Assembly: GCA_950097015.1 (NCBI GenBank)
Contig: CATNEN010000003.1
Span: 12,028,001-12,092,000, forward strand
From: Macrostomum hystrix
Taxonomy: Eukaryota; Animalia; Platyhelminthes
Length of the DNA stretch: 64,000 nt
Reading direction: 5' to 3'
Shown here: positions 1-10,998 of the stretch, in pieces
How the letters are laid out: each line of letters opens with the position of its first letter
How positions within the stretch are numbered: position 1 is the first letter of the stretch
Position numbers and translations under genes: made by a program
Notes under the pieces: generated by a model
What the model was told of the DNA's origin: nothing
Seen by the model: only the letters and a program-made list of their open reading frames with translations
The model's database searches: none

Positions 1-180
1 GATTCTCTCATATCGACGATTCTCTCATATCGACGATTCTCTCATATCGACGATTCTCTCATATCGACGATTTTCACAAATCGACGATTTTCACAAATAA
101 ATGATTCTCACACATTGACGATTTTCACATATCGACGATTCTCACATTATCGATGATTCTCACACTAGTGACGTTTCTCA
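1..180. repeat. 17-bp minisatellite (GATTCTCTCATATCGAC)n, degenerating rightwards
   Basis: Tandem units visible from base 1. Confidence 0.9.
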
Positions 181-775
181 CATTATAGACAATTTTTTTT
201 CATAAATCTTCGAGCGTTTCTTTTAAATCGACAACTATTTTAAATAGGTCATTTCTATGAAACAAAAATTCTCAGAAATCGACGGGTGTCTTTGATTGAT
301 GACTCTATCACCAATTTTCCTCCTCAAGGTCAGTTCTAATTTAGCTGGTACAATGGTCTGCATTATCTGGGCCCCCAAATGTAAATATAGGCTTAAAAGC
401 TAATGGACTATGATTGGGCAATATGTTTTTAGGTACCTCAGTTGCGTTACCTGCACACAATTAGCTGCATGGGCTTTACATTCCCATCAAGTTTATCTGT
501 CTAAACAGAATAAACGGAAAGCTAAATACTCGAATTCTCAACTTTTAACGCATTTAGTGCTTAAAACTTGTTAAAATTGGCTAAGTCGACAATTTAAATG
601 TAACTTTTAGCTAGAATCCCCGTGACTTTGAGAAACGAAAGTTGACGAATCAATTAGTTTAAGAGCTGTAATATAGGCTATTATCCGATATTCATACACT
701 GAAAAGCTACACGAAAGCATAAATAGGATCAAGGCTGGAGTTAAAACGTAATTTTTTCTCGCATACTTAGTCAGA

Positions 776-1564
776 ATGCAACTCTTCGCTCTCAGCCTAT
801 TGTTAGCGTCTCCAGCGATCGCTAATCACGTCAGCAGCAATGGAATTCTCGAATTCGCCGAGATCCAGGGCCGTCTCTGCATCAACCCAAGCTTCACGGA
901 GCTGCTGGAGAGCAGCACAGGTGCCAGAATGTCTGTCCTGGACTGCGCCAGAAAGTGCAGCGTCAAGCCCAACTGTCAGGCCTTTGCAATGTCCGCACAG
1001 ACGATAACGCAGTGCACTCTCTTTGTGTTTGACAGGTGCAGCAAGGCGGTGACTCAGTGCGGCTGCAATCAAACTGGCCAGGTGTTTGTCAGGAAGCAGC
1101 CAGGATTGCCAACGGGTCTGCTGTGTCCCCAGGACTATGTAAAGTCTGAGTGCGGAGCCAGCTACAGGGTGTATCCTGGTACGAATACATGGGAGACCAA
1201 CTGGCAGAAGTGCCAGTCAGAGCCAGGTCTGACCATCATGGCCGACATTGAGAATTCGGAGGAGATGAAAAACGCCTCATTGCTGGCAAAGCAGTCCGGC
1301 ATCGTGTACGTGTTTGTTTCTGGCGTCCAGGAGCCGAACAGCTCGGAGCCTACTGGCGGTTGGTTCTGGCGCAGTTGCAATTTCATTGTGGACACCAGAC
1401 TGTGGAGCGACGGCGAGCCTAACAATGACGGCGGGTCGAGTGTAGTCAACGAGAACTACACGTTTGTCAGAACAGATCATCCTGGCATTGGTGATATGCC
1501 AAATGGGGTCACTGCTGCTGGCTCTAGCTTTGGTGTGCTCTGCGAGTGCGTGTCGCCATTTTGA
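776..1564 (+). CDS. Secreted PAN/apple-domain plus C-type lectin protein (262 aa, one coding exon)
   Basis: Hydrophobic signal peptide; PAN-type C-x3-C-x5-C (DCARKCSVKPNCQAF); lectin motifs W-x-x-x-W-QKC, GWFW, LWSDGEPNN (EPN) and terminal LCEC; AATAAA near 1714. Confidence 0.85.
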   Translation: MQLFALSLLLASPAIANHVSSNGILEFAEIQGRLCINPSFTELLESSTGARMSVLDCARKCSVKPNCQAFAMSAQTITQCTLFVFDRCSKAVTQCGCNQTGQVFVRKQPGLPTGLLCPQDYVKSECGASYRVYPGTNTWETNWQKCQSEPGLTIMADIENSEEMKNASLLAKQSGIVYVFVSGVQEPNSSEPTGGWFWRSCNFIVDTRLWSDGEPNNDGGSSVVNENYTFVRTDHPGIGDMPNGVTAAGSSFGVLCECVSPF

Positions 1565-1764
1565 GCTTGTCGTCTGTCAGTTTTCAGTCGTCTGTTGCCC
1601 AGACGGGAAGCAGATTTTAACAATTAAACTGAATTCAGCCTTTAATTCCATATTTGATATTCAAGATTTGCAGCCAAGCAAATATCAATTTGAATCCGGA
1701 TGACAAACTTTAAAATAAACTGCATTACCCAGCACCATACGCATAATCCCAAAATGTGCGTAAC

Positions 1765-2449
1765 ATGTGTTCCACACTGTGTTCTCACTCTGGCTCATTG
1801 TCTATTTATAACGATAGCAGCGAATTGTACCATGGCAAATTTGAGATATGGCGTTAGGCTGGATTGATAAAGGAGCGATGAGATACGGGAGAGATGAGAC
1901 ACTGGAGAGATGAGACAGTGAAGATATGAGACACTGGAGAGATGAGACAGTGAAGATATGAGACACTGGAGAGATGAGACAGTGAAGATATGAGACACTG
2001 GAGAGATGAGACAGTGAAGATATGAGACACTGGAGAGATGAGACAGTGAAGATATGAGACACTGGAGAGATGAGACACTGGAGAGATGAGACACTGGAGA
2101 GATGAGACACTGGAGAGATAAGACACTGGAGAGATGAGACACTGGAGAGATGAGACAGTGAGGATATGAGACACTGGAGAGATGAGACAGTGAAGATATG
2201 AGACACTGGAGAGATGAGACACTGGAGAGATGAGACACAATAGAGAGATTGAGACACTGGAGAGATAAGACACTGGAGAGATGAGACACTGGAGAGATGA
2301 GACACTGGAGAGAAGAGACACTGGAGAGATGAGACACTGGAGAGATAAGACACTGGAGAGATGAGACACTGGAGAGATGAGACACTGGAGAGATAAGACA
2401 CTGGAGAGATAAGACACTGGAGAGATGAGACACTGGAGAGATGAGACAG
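1765..2449 (-). mobile_element. Dispersed element: about 110-bp unique arm plus 16-bp minisatellite (GAGAGATGAGACACTG)n
   Basis: Reverse complement of 1765-1880 matches 8280-8392 (tcaatccagcctaa...tttgcca.ggtacaatt...ttataaatagacaatgagc.agagtgagaacacag); both copies abut the same satellite. Confidence 0.75.
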
Positions 2450-2458
2450 AGCCGTCCG

Positions 2459-2713
2459 CCCAAGCTTCACGGAGCTGCTGGGTAGCAGCACGGGTGCCAG
2501 AATGTCAGTCCTGGACTGCGCCAGAAAGTGCAGCGTCAAGCCTAACTGTCAGGCCTTCGCAATGTCCGCACAGACGATAACGCAGTGCGCACACTTCGTG
2601 ATTGACAGGTGCAGCAAGGAGGTGACTCAGTGCGGCTGCAATCGAACTGGCCAGGTGTTTGTCAGGAAGCAGCCAGGATTGCCAACGGGTCTGCTGTGTC
2701 CCAGGACTATGTA
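2459..2713 (+). pseudogene. Truncated duplicate of the PAN-domain part of the 776-1564 lectin gene
   Basis: Aligns to 886-1141 with about 13 substitutions and a 1-bp deletion (tgtcccc to tgtccc); no signal peptide or lectin domain. Confidence 0.9.
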
Positions 2714-2980
2714 CGAGTACAATATTATTAAACTATGGAACATGCCTAGTTCTAGAAAATATCTCCTATTTTTATAATTTGTAAATGATTCGTACACTAC
2801 TTAGAGTAGGAAGAGAAAGTAAATTAAGTTCAAGAAAACTTGAAAAAATTAAAAACGATTTGTCATATCGTATAAGTGAATTTTTCATTTAAACAAGCAC
2901 AAAAAACCACATCAATGAGTAATTCATACTCATCAATGAGTAATTCATACTTGTTTACTTACTTTTCTATGTGCTTTAAG

Positions 2981-4078
2981 CGGAGAGAAGAAGCGGATAG
3001 AAGAATGGAGAAAAGAGGGGAGAAGAGAGGGGAGAGAAGAGCGGAGAGAAAAGCGGAGAGAAGAGAGGAGAAAAGAGGGGAGAAGAGAGGGGAGAGTATA
3101 GGGGAGAGAAGAGGGAAGAGGAGAGGGGAGAGAAGAGCGGAGAGAAGAGGGGAGAGAATAGGGGAGAGAATAGGGGAGAGAATAGGGGAGAGAATAGGGG
3201 AGAGAAGAGGGGAGAGAAGAGCGGAGAGAATAGGGGAGAGAATAGGGGAGAGAAGAGGGGAGAAGAGAGGGGAGAGAATAGGGGAGAGAAGAGAATAGGG
3301 GAGAGAAGAGCGAAGAGAAGAGGGGAGAGAAGAGGGGAGAAGAGAGGGGAGAGAAGAGGGGAGAGAATAGGGGAGAGAAGAGAATAGGGGAGAGAAGAGC
3401 GGAGAGAATAGGGAGAGAAGAGGGGAGAAGAGAGGGGGAGAAGAGGGGAGAGAAGAGGGGAGAGAAGAGGGGAGAGAAGAGGGGAGAGAAGAGGGGAGAG
3501 AAGAGGGGAGAGAAGAGGGGAGAGAATAATAATAATAATAATTGATTACACCTGCCCTAATCGGGCCAGATGTGCAGCCGACAGCACAGCCGCAGAGATG
3601 AGACATTGCGCGGCGCATCTGAAGGCTGCGTACGGCTGTTCAGTCCATGGACTGGGGGGACGCCACACCCACCTTCAATTATCCCAGCTAATGCTGGTAC
3701 CCATTTAACAGCTGGGTGAACTGAAGCAATGCAGAGTTAAGTGTCTTGCTAAAGGACACAAATTGTTTAAGTGGAGACGGGAATCGAACCCCCGACCTTC
3801 AAGTCGTGAGTCCGACGCCCTAACCACTAGGCTACAACCTCTCAGGGGAGAGAAGAGCGGAGAGAATAGGGGAGAGAAGAGGGGAGAGAATAGGGGAGAG
3901 AATAGGGGAGAGAATAGGGGAGAGAATAGGGGAGAGAATAGGGGAGAGAAGAGGGGAGAGAAGAGGGGAGAGAAGAGGGGAGAGAAGAGGGGAGAGAAGA
4001 GGGGAGAGAAGAGGGGAGAGAAGAGGGGAGAGAAGAGGGGAGAGAAGAGGGGAGAGAAGAGGGGAGAGAAGAGGGGAG
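2981..4078. repeat. 12-bp purine minisatellite (GGGGAGAGAAGA)n interrupted by a SINE
   Basis: Arrays at 2981-3524 and 3844-4078. Confidence 0.9.
3525..3843 (-). mobile_element. tRNA-derived SINE, family A (CORE-like central domain, (ATT)n tail)
   Basis: Minus strand: A box TAGCCTAGTGG, B box GGTTCGATTCC, CAC anticodon-like loop; TGTGTCCTTTAGCAAGACACTTAAC...CTGTTAAATGGG resembles the MIR/CORE domain; body also present at 30605-30780. Confidence 0.85.
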
Positions 4079-4914
4079 TGCATAGGGAAGAGCAGAAGTA
4101 GGAACAGAAGGGGTAGACAAACTGATGTACACATTTTTCCCCGCTACAGAAGGTGATGCTGTAGACAAATAATTTGTTGGCCAGTACAATGGATGATAAT
4201 AGGTTCTCTAGGTTAGAGTAAATAGTCGAGTGTCTGCACAATTTTGAGTCACATTTTTTAAAACATTTACTGCACGGACCCCCTTAAAACAGTTGACACT
4301 TAGTGCCCACACCTACGCGCTTACTGCAAGCTCTCCAGAATTTTAGAAAGTCTTTTGATTGAACCGCAACCCATTTCAGTGGGGCACAGGCTGTCAATGG
4401 AGTCTCGCTGAGGTGGTCTGTCGTTTCTCTGGGAGTTTTTTAGGCGTATAGGGCGATTGGCGGATTCACTGAAAGAAAGCCTGCATGAATATCTCCCTAA
4501 CCTTCTGCACCTTCACCAACCACAGCAGCTGCTGCAACCCCGTCTCCCAATCCCACTGTCTCTGTTCCTATTTGGCAGTGGTTTAGTTTCTACCCGTCGT
4601 TGCCCACCTCCTTCTTGCCTTAAACAGCACTAGTGTCTTACTTCAAGCTTAATAGCTCTGTATGAATTTGTAGAGGCGATAAATTTATATCCGCGACAAT
4701 AACAGAAAAAAGGCACGCAGCCTCTATAGGATAAAAGTGTGATCATTTGAAAAGTAAGAGGAAAAAAATTGAACTAAAATGCCTTTGGAATTCAGCTGTC
4801 CTAGTTCAACTTTGTAAGGTAGGAAAAGTGCTGTTGTCAGTTTGACACGATGCTATATTATCGTATGCTGATTGTTGATTACGGACCTATGATTCATAGA
4901 TATATTGGTCAAGG

Positions 4915-5390
4915 AGAAAGGAGAGAGGAAAGGGGGAGAGAGGAGAGGAAAGAGGGTAGAGAGGAGATGGGAAAGAGGGTAGAGAGGAGAGGAAAGAGAG
5001 TAGAGAGGAGAGGAAAGAGAGTAGAGAGGAGAGGAAAGAGGGTAGAGAGGAGATGGGAAAGAGGGTAGAGATGAGATGGGAGAGGGTAGAGAGGAGATGG
5101 GAGAGAGTAGAGAGGAGATGGGAGAGGGTAGAGATGAGATAGGAGAGGGTAGAGAGGAGATGGGAGAGGGTAGAGAGGAGATGGGAGAGGGTAGAGAGGA
5201 GATGGGAGAGAGTAGAGAGGAGATGGGAGAGGGTAGAGAGGAGATGGGAGAGGGTAGAGAGGAGATGGGAGAGGGTAGAGAGGAGATGGGAGAGGGTAGA
5301 GAGGAGATGGGAGAGGGTAGAGAGGAGAGTAGAGAGTTGAGCGGAGAGAAGATAGAAAGGAGAAAGGTGAGATAGAAGAGAGGATAGAGT
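4915..5390. repeat. 21-bp purine-rich minisatellite (GAGAGGAGATGGGAGAGGGTA)n
   Basis: Tandem units. Confidence 0.9.
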
Positions 5391-7757
5391 AGAAATCTGT
5401 AAATTTATTGTCATGTTTGTCTTCCTGTCCGGTTTATCAATGCTAGCCTTTTTTAAAGATGCGAGTATTAACATGCTATTGGCGCAGCTCTCCTGAAAAA
5501 AAGTTCATTGGTATTCAGAAAAGAAACGTTTATAGGGCTATTAGCGCATAGCCCCAAGAGGTTAATTTGTCTAGTAATGCCAGTAATTAACGACTAAGAG
5601 CTAAGCCACAAGGCAGTCAAGACCGAAGAATGACGTAGTGCAGTGACCAGTCCTCGGTATTCTTTTCAGCTTAACAGTAATCGCTTAGCTGAGAAATTTA
5701 ATCTGGGTGTGATGCATCCTTCGCTGCTGCCGACATTTGTTTTTGCTTTATCTATATTCTTCTCCCGCTCTTTCTTTCTGGGACTACAGGCGGATTTTTA
5801 ATAACAAGAAACTTTCTGGTTAGAAAAAGTGTTTAATTAAGCAGTTTTTATCGATTATTACAATACTAGTTATCACTCTTTCCTTTTTTGCGATGTTTGC
5901 TGTTTCGAAATTGCGCTATTTAATTATTTTAATAAATTTCAATAATATCTTCTATAAAATTTAACAAATTACTCTCATAAATTAATCATAATTTATTCTT
6001 AAATTAATTAATTAATTAAAAAATTAAAATATTGATTTTAAGGTTTATAAGTAAAAAATTATTAATGTACTTTTTGTTATTTTAAATCCTATTTAATGAG
6101 TTATTGTTCCTTTTCTATCGATGATAACAGGATCAATAGTTTTTTATCGTAGAAAAATAGTTATTTTAGAATATTTAAATAAAATATATTTGGTATTTTA
6201 AAGTCGTTAAAAATCTTTGTTACCTTAATGTTTTTATTACAATAAAATACGGTGGTTACAATTATTGTTATTTCGATGCGATGCTAAATATAGATTTTTG
6301 TTCTTTCAAAACAATTATTTTAGACTGCAGACTGAAGTCTAAAATGAGCTCAACTCAAAGAGGAACCTAGAAATTTCTTAGAAAGAGGGAGGTTTTTTAG
6401 TTTTCTAGAGAGAGGGATTTACTCACCGGAAAATTGGCGAAATGGATATGGAGGCTTTAAACTTGCTTAAGTATTGCGTGTCCATAATTAGTTTTTTTCT
6501 GCTTTCTTACAGACACAACTGAAATTGTTGTTTAAACAACGAAAGTTCCCAAAAGCAATAATTAGAGAGCGAAGCTACAAAGCCTCGAAAAAAGATTCAA
6601 TCTCGAGAAAAGACGTACGTACACTTTAATTGTATAAAAAAACACGAATTAATAAAGTCGCAAATTAAAATGGCACATTGACAAAAATGACAACAAAATG
6701 TCAGCATAGAACGGCGTCAAGTTGATAAAATATTTCGTAAAAATTAATATCTTATCAATCAATCAATCAATTAGGCCAATCCAAAAAGAGTTAGATAAGA
6801 AATAGAGAGATAATAAGATGATTTATCGCAGCAATTTATCGCTTGCTTACTTCCCAACTAGAAACGTAGGGATTGAAAACAGAGTTATTGTCTTTGATAG
6901 ATTAGCATTGGGCCTCAAAGCTATATATCCTCGCATCATCATGCGTAGCAAAATCCCAACCAATTTCCAATGAGTCCAATCTGTCTAACTTCTTTCCTGT
7001 AACTCTGCATAAAGAATAAAAAGAGAAGATTTGATAAATTTAACTCCTAGGCAATGGGCAGGGGTCGGAAATGTGTGTAGGAAGATATATAATCAGCGAA
7101 TCTGGGTGATTTATTGCATAACCCAATATCGCTTTTGCTAGGACATGAGGATGCAGATATCTTACATACTAAAATGCTTTGTTTTATATTGGACACAAAA
7201 TAATTAGCTAAGCCCAGCATGGTTAACATATTCAAACTGCGTGTTTCGTTTATTTGTCTGTCTTTTCTGTCTGTCAGTCAGTCTGTCAGTCATGCTGTCA
7301 GTCTGTCTTTTCAGTCTGTCAGTCTGTCTTTTGTCTATTCTGTCTTCTAGATATCAGTTTCTTTCTCACCCTCGGGTACTCACACGACTCTCCTAAATAG
7401 AAAAATTCAAACCTAAAGAACAGAAGCAGGAAAGAACTAAAGAAGATTTTCTCAGTATATAAGAATCGGTGGGATCCAGTGCAGCTGTTGAGCTGACAAG
7501 ATGAGAAGGGAGGTTGAGCACTGGAGATTGGCAGGATTTGGAAATAGCGCGCGATTTGAGAACCCCACTCGGCCTTGGCGAGGTGAGAGGAAGATAGACT
7601 TCATACTCACACCTGTTGATCTTCCACGACACGTACTGACCATAACTGGTGTATGTGGCAGTAAATAGATTTGCTATGACTTATAAATAGTTCAAGCTTG
7701 TTATTAGAATGTGCATGGCAACTACAAAGATTTTAACTTAGAGGTCACGAATCCACT

Positions 7758-8392
7758 GGTCTCATCTCTCCGTGTCTCATCTCTCCCCTGTCTCATCTCT
7801 CCCGTATCTCATCTCTCACGTGTCGCATCTCTCCCGTGTCTCATCTCTCCGTGTCTCATCTCTCCGTGTCTCATCTCTGCCATGTCTCATCTCTGCCGTG
7901 TCTCATCTCTCCGTGTCTCATCTCTGCCGTGTCGCATATCCCCCGTGTCTAATCTCTCCCGTGTCTCATCTCTCCCGTGTCTCATCTCTCCTGTGTCTCA
8001 TCTCTCCGTGTCTCATCTCTCCCGTGTCGCATATCCCCCGTGTCTAATCTCTCCCGTGTCTCATCTCTCCCGTGTCTCATCTCTCCCGTGTCTAATCTCT
8101 CCCGTGTCTCATCTCTCCTGTGTCTCATCTCTCCCGTGTCTCATCTCTCCCGTGTCTCATCTCTCCCCTGTCTTATCTCTCCCGTCTCATCTCTCCCTTG
8201 TTTTATCTCTCCCGTGTCTCATCTCTCCCGTGTCTCATCTCTCCCCTGTCTCATCTCTCCCGTCTCATCTCTCCCCTGTCTCATCACTCCTTAGTCAATC
8301 CAGCCTAATATCCTGAATTTGCCAAGGTACAATTTGCGGCTATTGTTATAAATAGACAATGAGCTAGAGTGAGAACACAGCTGGACAAATGT
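7758..8392 (+). mobile_element. Second copy of the arm-plus-satellite element: (TGTCTCATCTCTCCCG)n plus 110-bp arm
   Basis: Array 7758-8285; arm 8280-8392 homologous to the reverse complement of 1765-1880. Confidence 0.75.
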
Positions 8393-9499
8393 AAGAAAAA
8401 TTTTTCCTACAAAACAATAGTACACGACGAGAATCTTCGACTGAAAAAGCTGTTCCGGACACAAAGTCCCCCCCGTAACAGATAACTTTTTTTCCGGCTT
8501 GCTTTATGACACTTTGCCTTACTTATTAATTTATATATATATATTTTTCACTCAAAAAAGAAAGTTTTTTAAGCAAGTCTCAGACTGAGATATTCCCCTG
8601 TCTTAGAGAGTGCTTTTAACGACAAACGGGAAAATCCCTGGCTTTTTTCCAAGATTGTCTTCGACTCAGGCCTTGCACTGCCCCGCAGTTGAGCGACTAA
8701 GTGGAAGCGATAGAATTCAAAATTGCCGTTTCACAACCAAATCTGTCAAGCTTGTGTACTCCAGATGTATAGGGAACGGCTGGGCCCTCTCAACACCCAC
8801 CCCTCCTCCTTTCACTCTTCCCGTTAATTAACGCCGCGCGGGAGAAATCTTTAAAGAAATCGATCTCGCGCCAACCCCACCGCAAAAATGGCAGGAGAAG
8901 AAGAAATGGGAGACGGGGAGAGAGATGAAGAATGCAAAGAAGCTGGACCACTTGCGTATGCAAGAAATATAAAATTTCTATTCTTTTCCTTCTAGGAGAA
9001 AGGAAAGCGTTCCCCAACTCAGAGACTGCTCAACTGCCAGTGTAGTTAGTTATTTGGCAGGTTGCAAGTATGGGGGGCCGTCTTTTAGAAGCAGAGTCTC
9101 ATTGGAGCGAAAGATTCTGCTTCTAAAAGACGAGAAGAGAATTGCGACAAGCCATCAAATCTAGAAGCGTGTTACAAAAAAATGACTTCATCAATTTTCA
9201 TTCTTCTTGTTTGCAATTCTTTGACAGTTGCCTTGCACAGAAAAAGTTGTTTGACATTGTGACAGGGGCGCATGTTTCCAGGAAAGCCAAACCTATAATT
9301 AAGTTGGCGTCTTTTAACAGAATCAAAATTTAAAAGAAGCTATTTTTGTCACATTGGCTGGCGTTTTAATCGATAATAGACGATTCAGTTTGAAAGTGAA
9401 ATGCTTTTGAAACACTTCATCAAAACAAAAGTCCAAGCTGGTGTTCACAGACAGTTCCCCAGTATGTACAATGCGTTGACTGTGTTGGTAAGAATCTAG

Positions 9500-10400
9500 A
9501 CAAACAGTTTACAGTTGGACAAAAATCATAACCTTTTAGACACGAACCTTAAATTGTCAGAGATGAAACCCCTACCTGTTAGACACGAAGCGTAACCTGC
9601 TAGACACGAAGCGTAACCTGTTAGACACGAAACTTAAAAAAGTTGACACGAACCGTAACCTGTTAGACACAACCCGTAACATGTTAGATACAATCCGTAA
9701 CCTGGTAGACACTATCCGTAACATGTTAGGCACAATCAGTGACATGTTAGATACAATCCATACAATGTTAGACACAGTCCGTAACCTGTCAGGCATGAGC
9801 AGTAACCTGTTACACATGAACCGCAACCTGTTAGACACGAAGCGTAACCTGCTAGATACGAAGCGTAACCTGTTAGGCACGAAACATCAAAAAGTTGACA
9901 CGAACCGTAACCTGTTAGACACAATCTGTAACCTGTTAGACACTATCCGTAACATGTTAGACACAATCCGTAACCTGTTAGACACTATCCGTAACATGTT
10001 AGACACAATCTGTAACCTATTAGACACAATCCGTAACATGTTAGACACTATCCGTAACATGTTAGAAACTATCCGTAACATGTTAGACACAATCCGTAAC
10101 ATGTTAGACACAATCCGTAACATGTTAGGCACAATCAGTGACACGTCAGATACAATCCATTCAATGTTACACACAATCCATAACCTGTTAGACACAATCC
10201 GTAACCTGTTAGACACAATCCGTAAACTGTTAGACACAATCCGTAACCTGTTAGACACAATCCGTAACCTGTTAGACACAATCCGTAAACTGTTAGACAC
10301 AATCCGTAACCTGTTAGACACAATCCGTAACATGATAGACACAATCAGTGACACCTCAGATACAATCCATACCATGTTAAAACAATCCATAACCTATTTG
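9500..10400. repeat. 21-bp minisatellite (TGTTAGACACAATCCGTAACC/A)n filling a probable 5'-UTR intron (9488-10442)
   Basis: Tandem units; donor TTG|GTAAGA at 9488, acceptor TTCCAG at 10442. Confidence 0.85.
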
Positions 10401-10470
10401 ACACTGTTCAACTTAACCAACAAAATTATTTTATCGTTCCAGCCCTGTCCTGTTGGATGAAATCATTGGC

Positions 10471-10998
10471 ATGAGGCAGCTGAAGCAGCGGCAGCAACAG
10501 CAGCAGCGGCAGCAGCAGGAGCTCCTGTTTCACCTGTTCCAACTGGCACTACTGTTAACCCAGTTAGAACAAGCCGGAGCTGGCATGTCCATTCCGGTAT
10601 CAGTGGATCTGGCCATAGACGAAGAGCTGCCGGTGGGCAGAGAGGTGGCCAATCTGCGGGCAGAGCTTGAACGTCAAGGTCACTCGTTGTCAGGCAGAGG
10701 TCTAGAGCCGGAATTCCGCCTATTCAACACGGATCCACCGGGAATGGCTGCGTACTTTCGTCTGGAATCCACCAATGGAATAATGTCAATCGGTAGGAGG
10801 CTTGACAGAGACAATCTGTGCGCCGAGTCCAATGCCTGCTGCAACTCAGATCAACAGTGCCGCACTGTTCTGCAAGCGCAAAGCGATCGGGAATGGACCT
10901 ACATTGTGTCTGTCAGATTGGTGCTCAAAGATCTCAACGATAATGCGCCTAGCTGGGGTGTCACGGAAATTACTAGGCAGTTCAGCGAGGGTGCCTCG
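10471..10998 (+). CDS. Protocadherin coding exon 1 (signal peptide, EC1)
   Basis: DEELPVG...LDRD...DLNDNAP; donor TCG|GTTAGT. Confidence 0.9.

Noticed and set aside
1696-1715. Possible degenerate hAT terminus (CCGGATGACAAACT) for the 1765-2449 element
   Set aside because: Weak similarity, not shared by the second copy, and no TSD
3770-3843. tRNA-Val(CAC) gene
   Set aside because: Imperfect acceptor and anticodon stems, and it continues into a CORE-like body and (ATT)n tail, so it is a SINE head
6300-7600. Possible extra exons (e.g. 6513-6613 between TTACAG and GTACGT)
   Set aside because: Splice-like signals but no recognisable coding content; they could be protocadherin 5'-UTR exons but cannot be supported without transcripts
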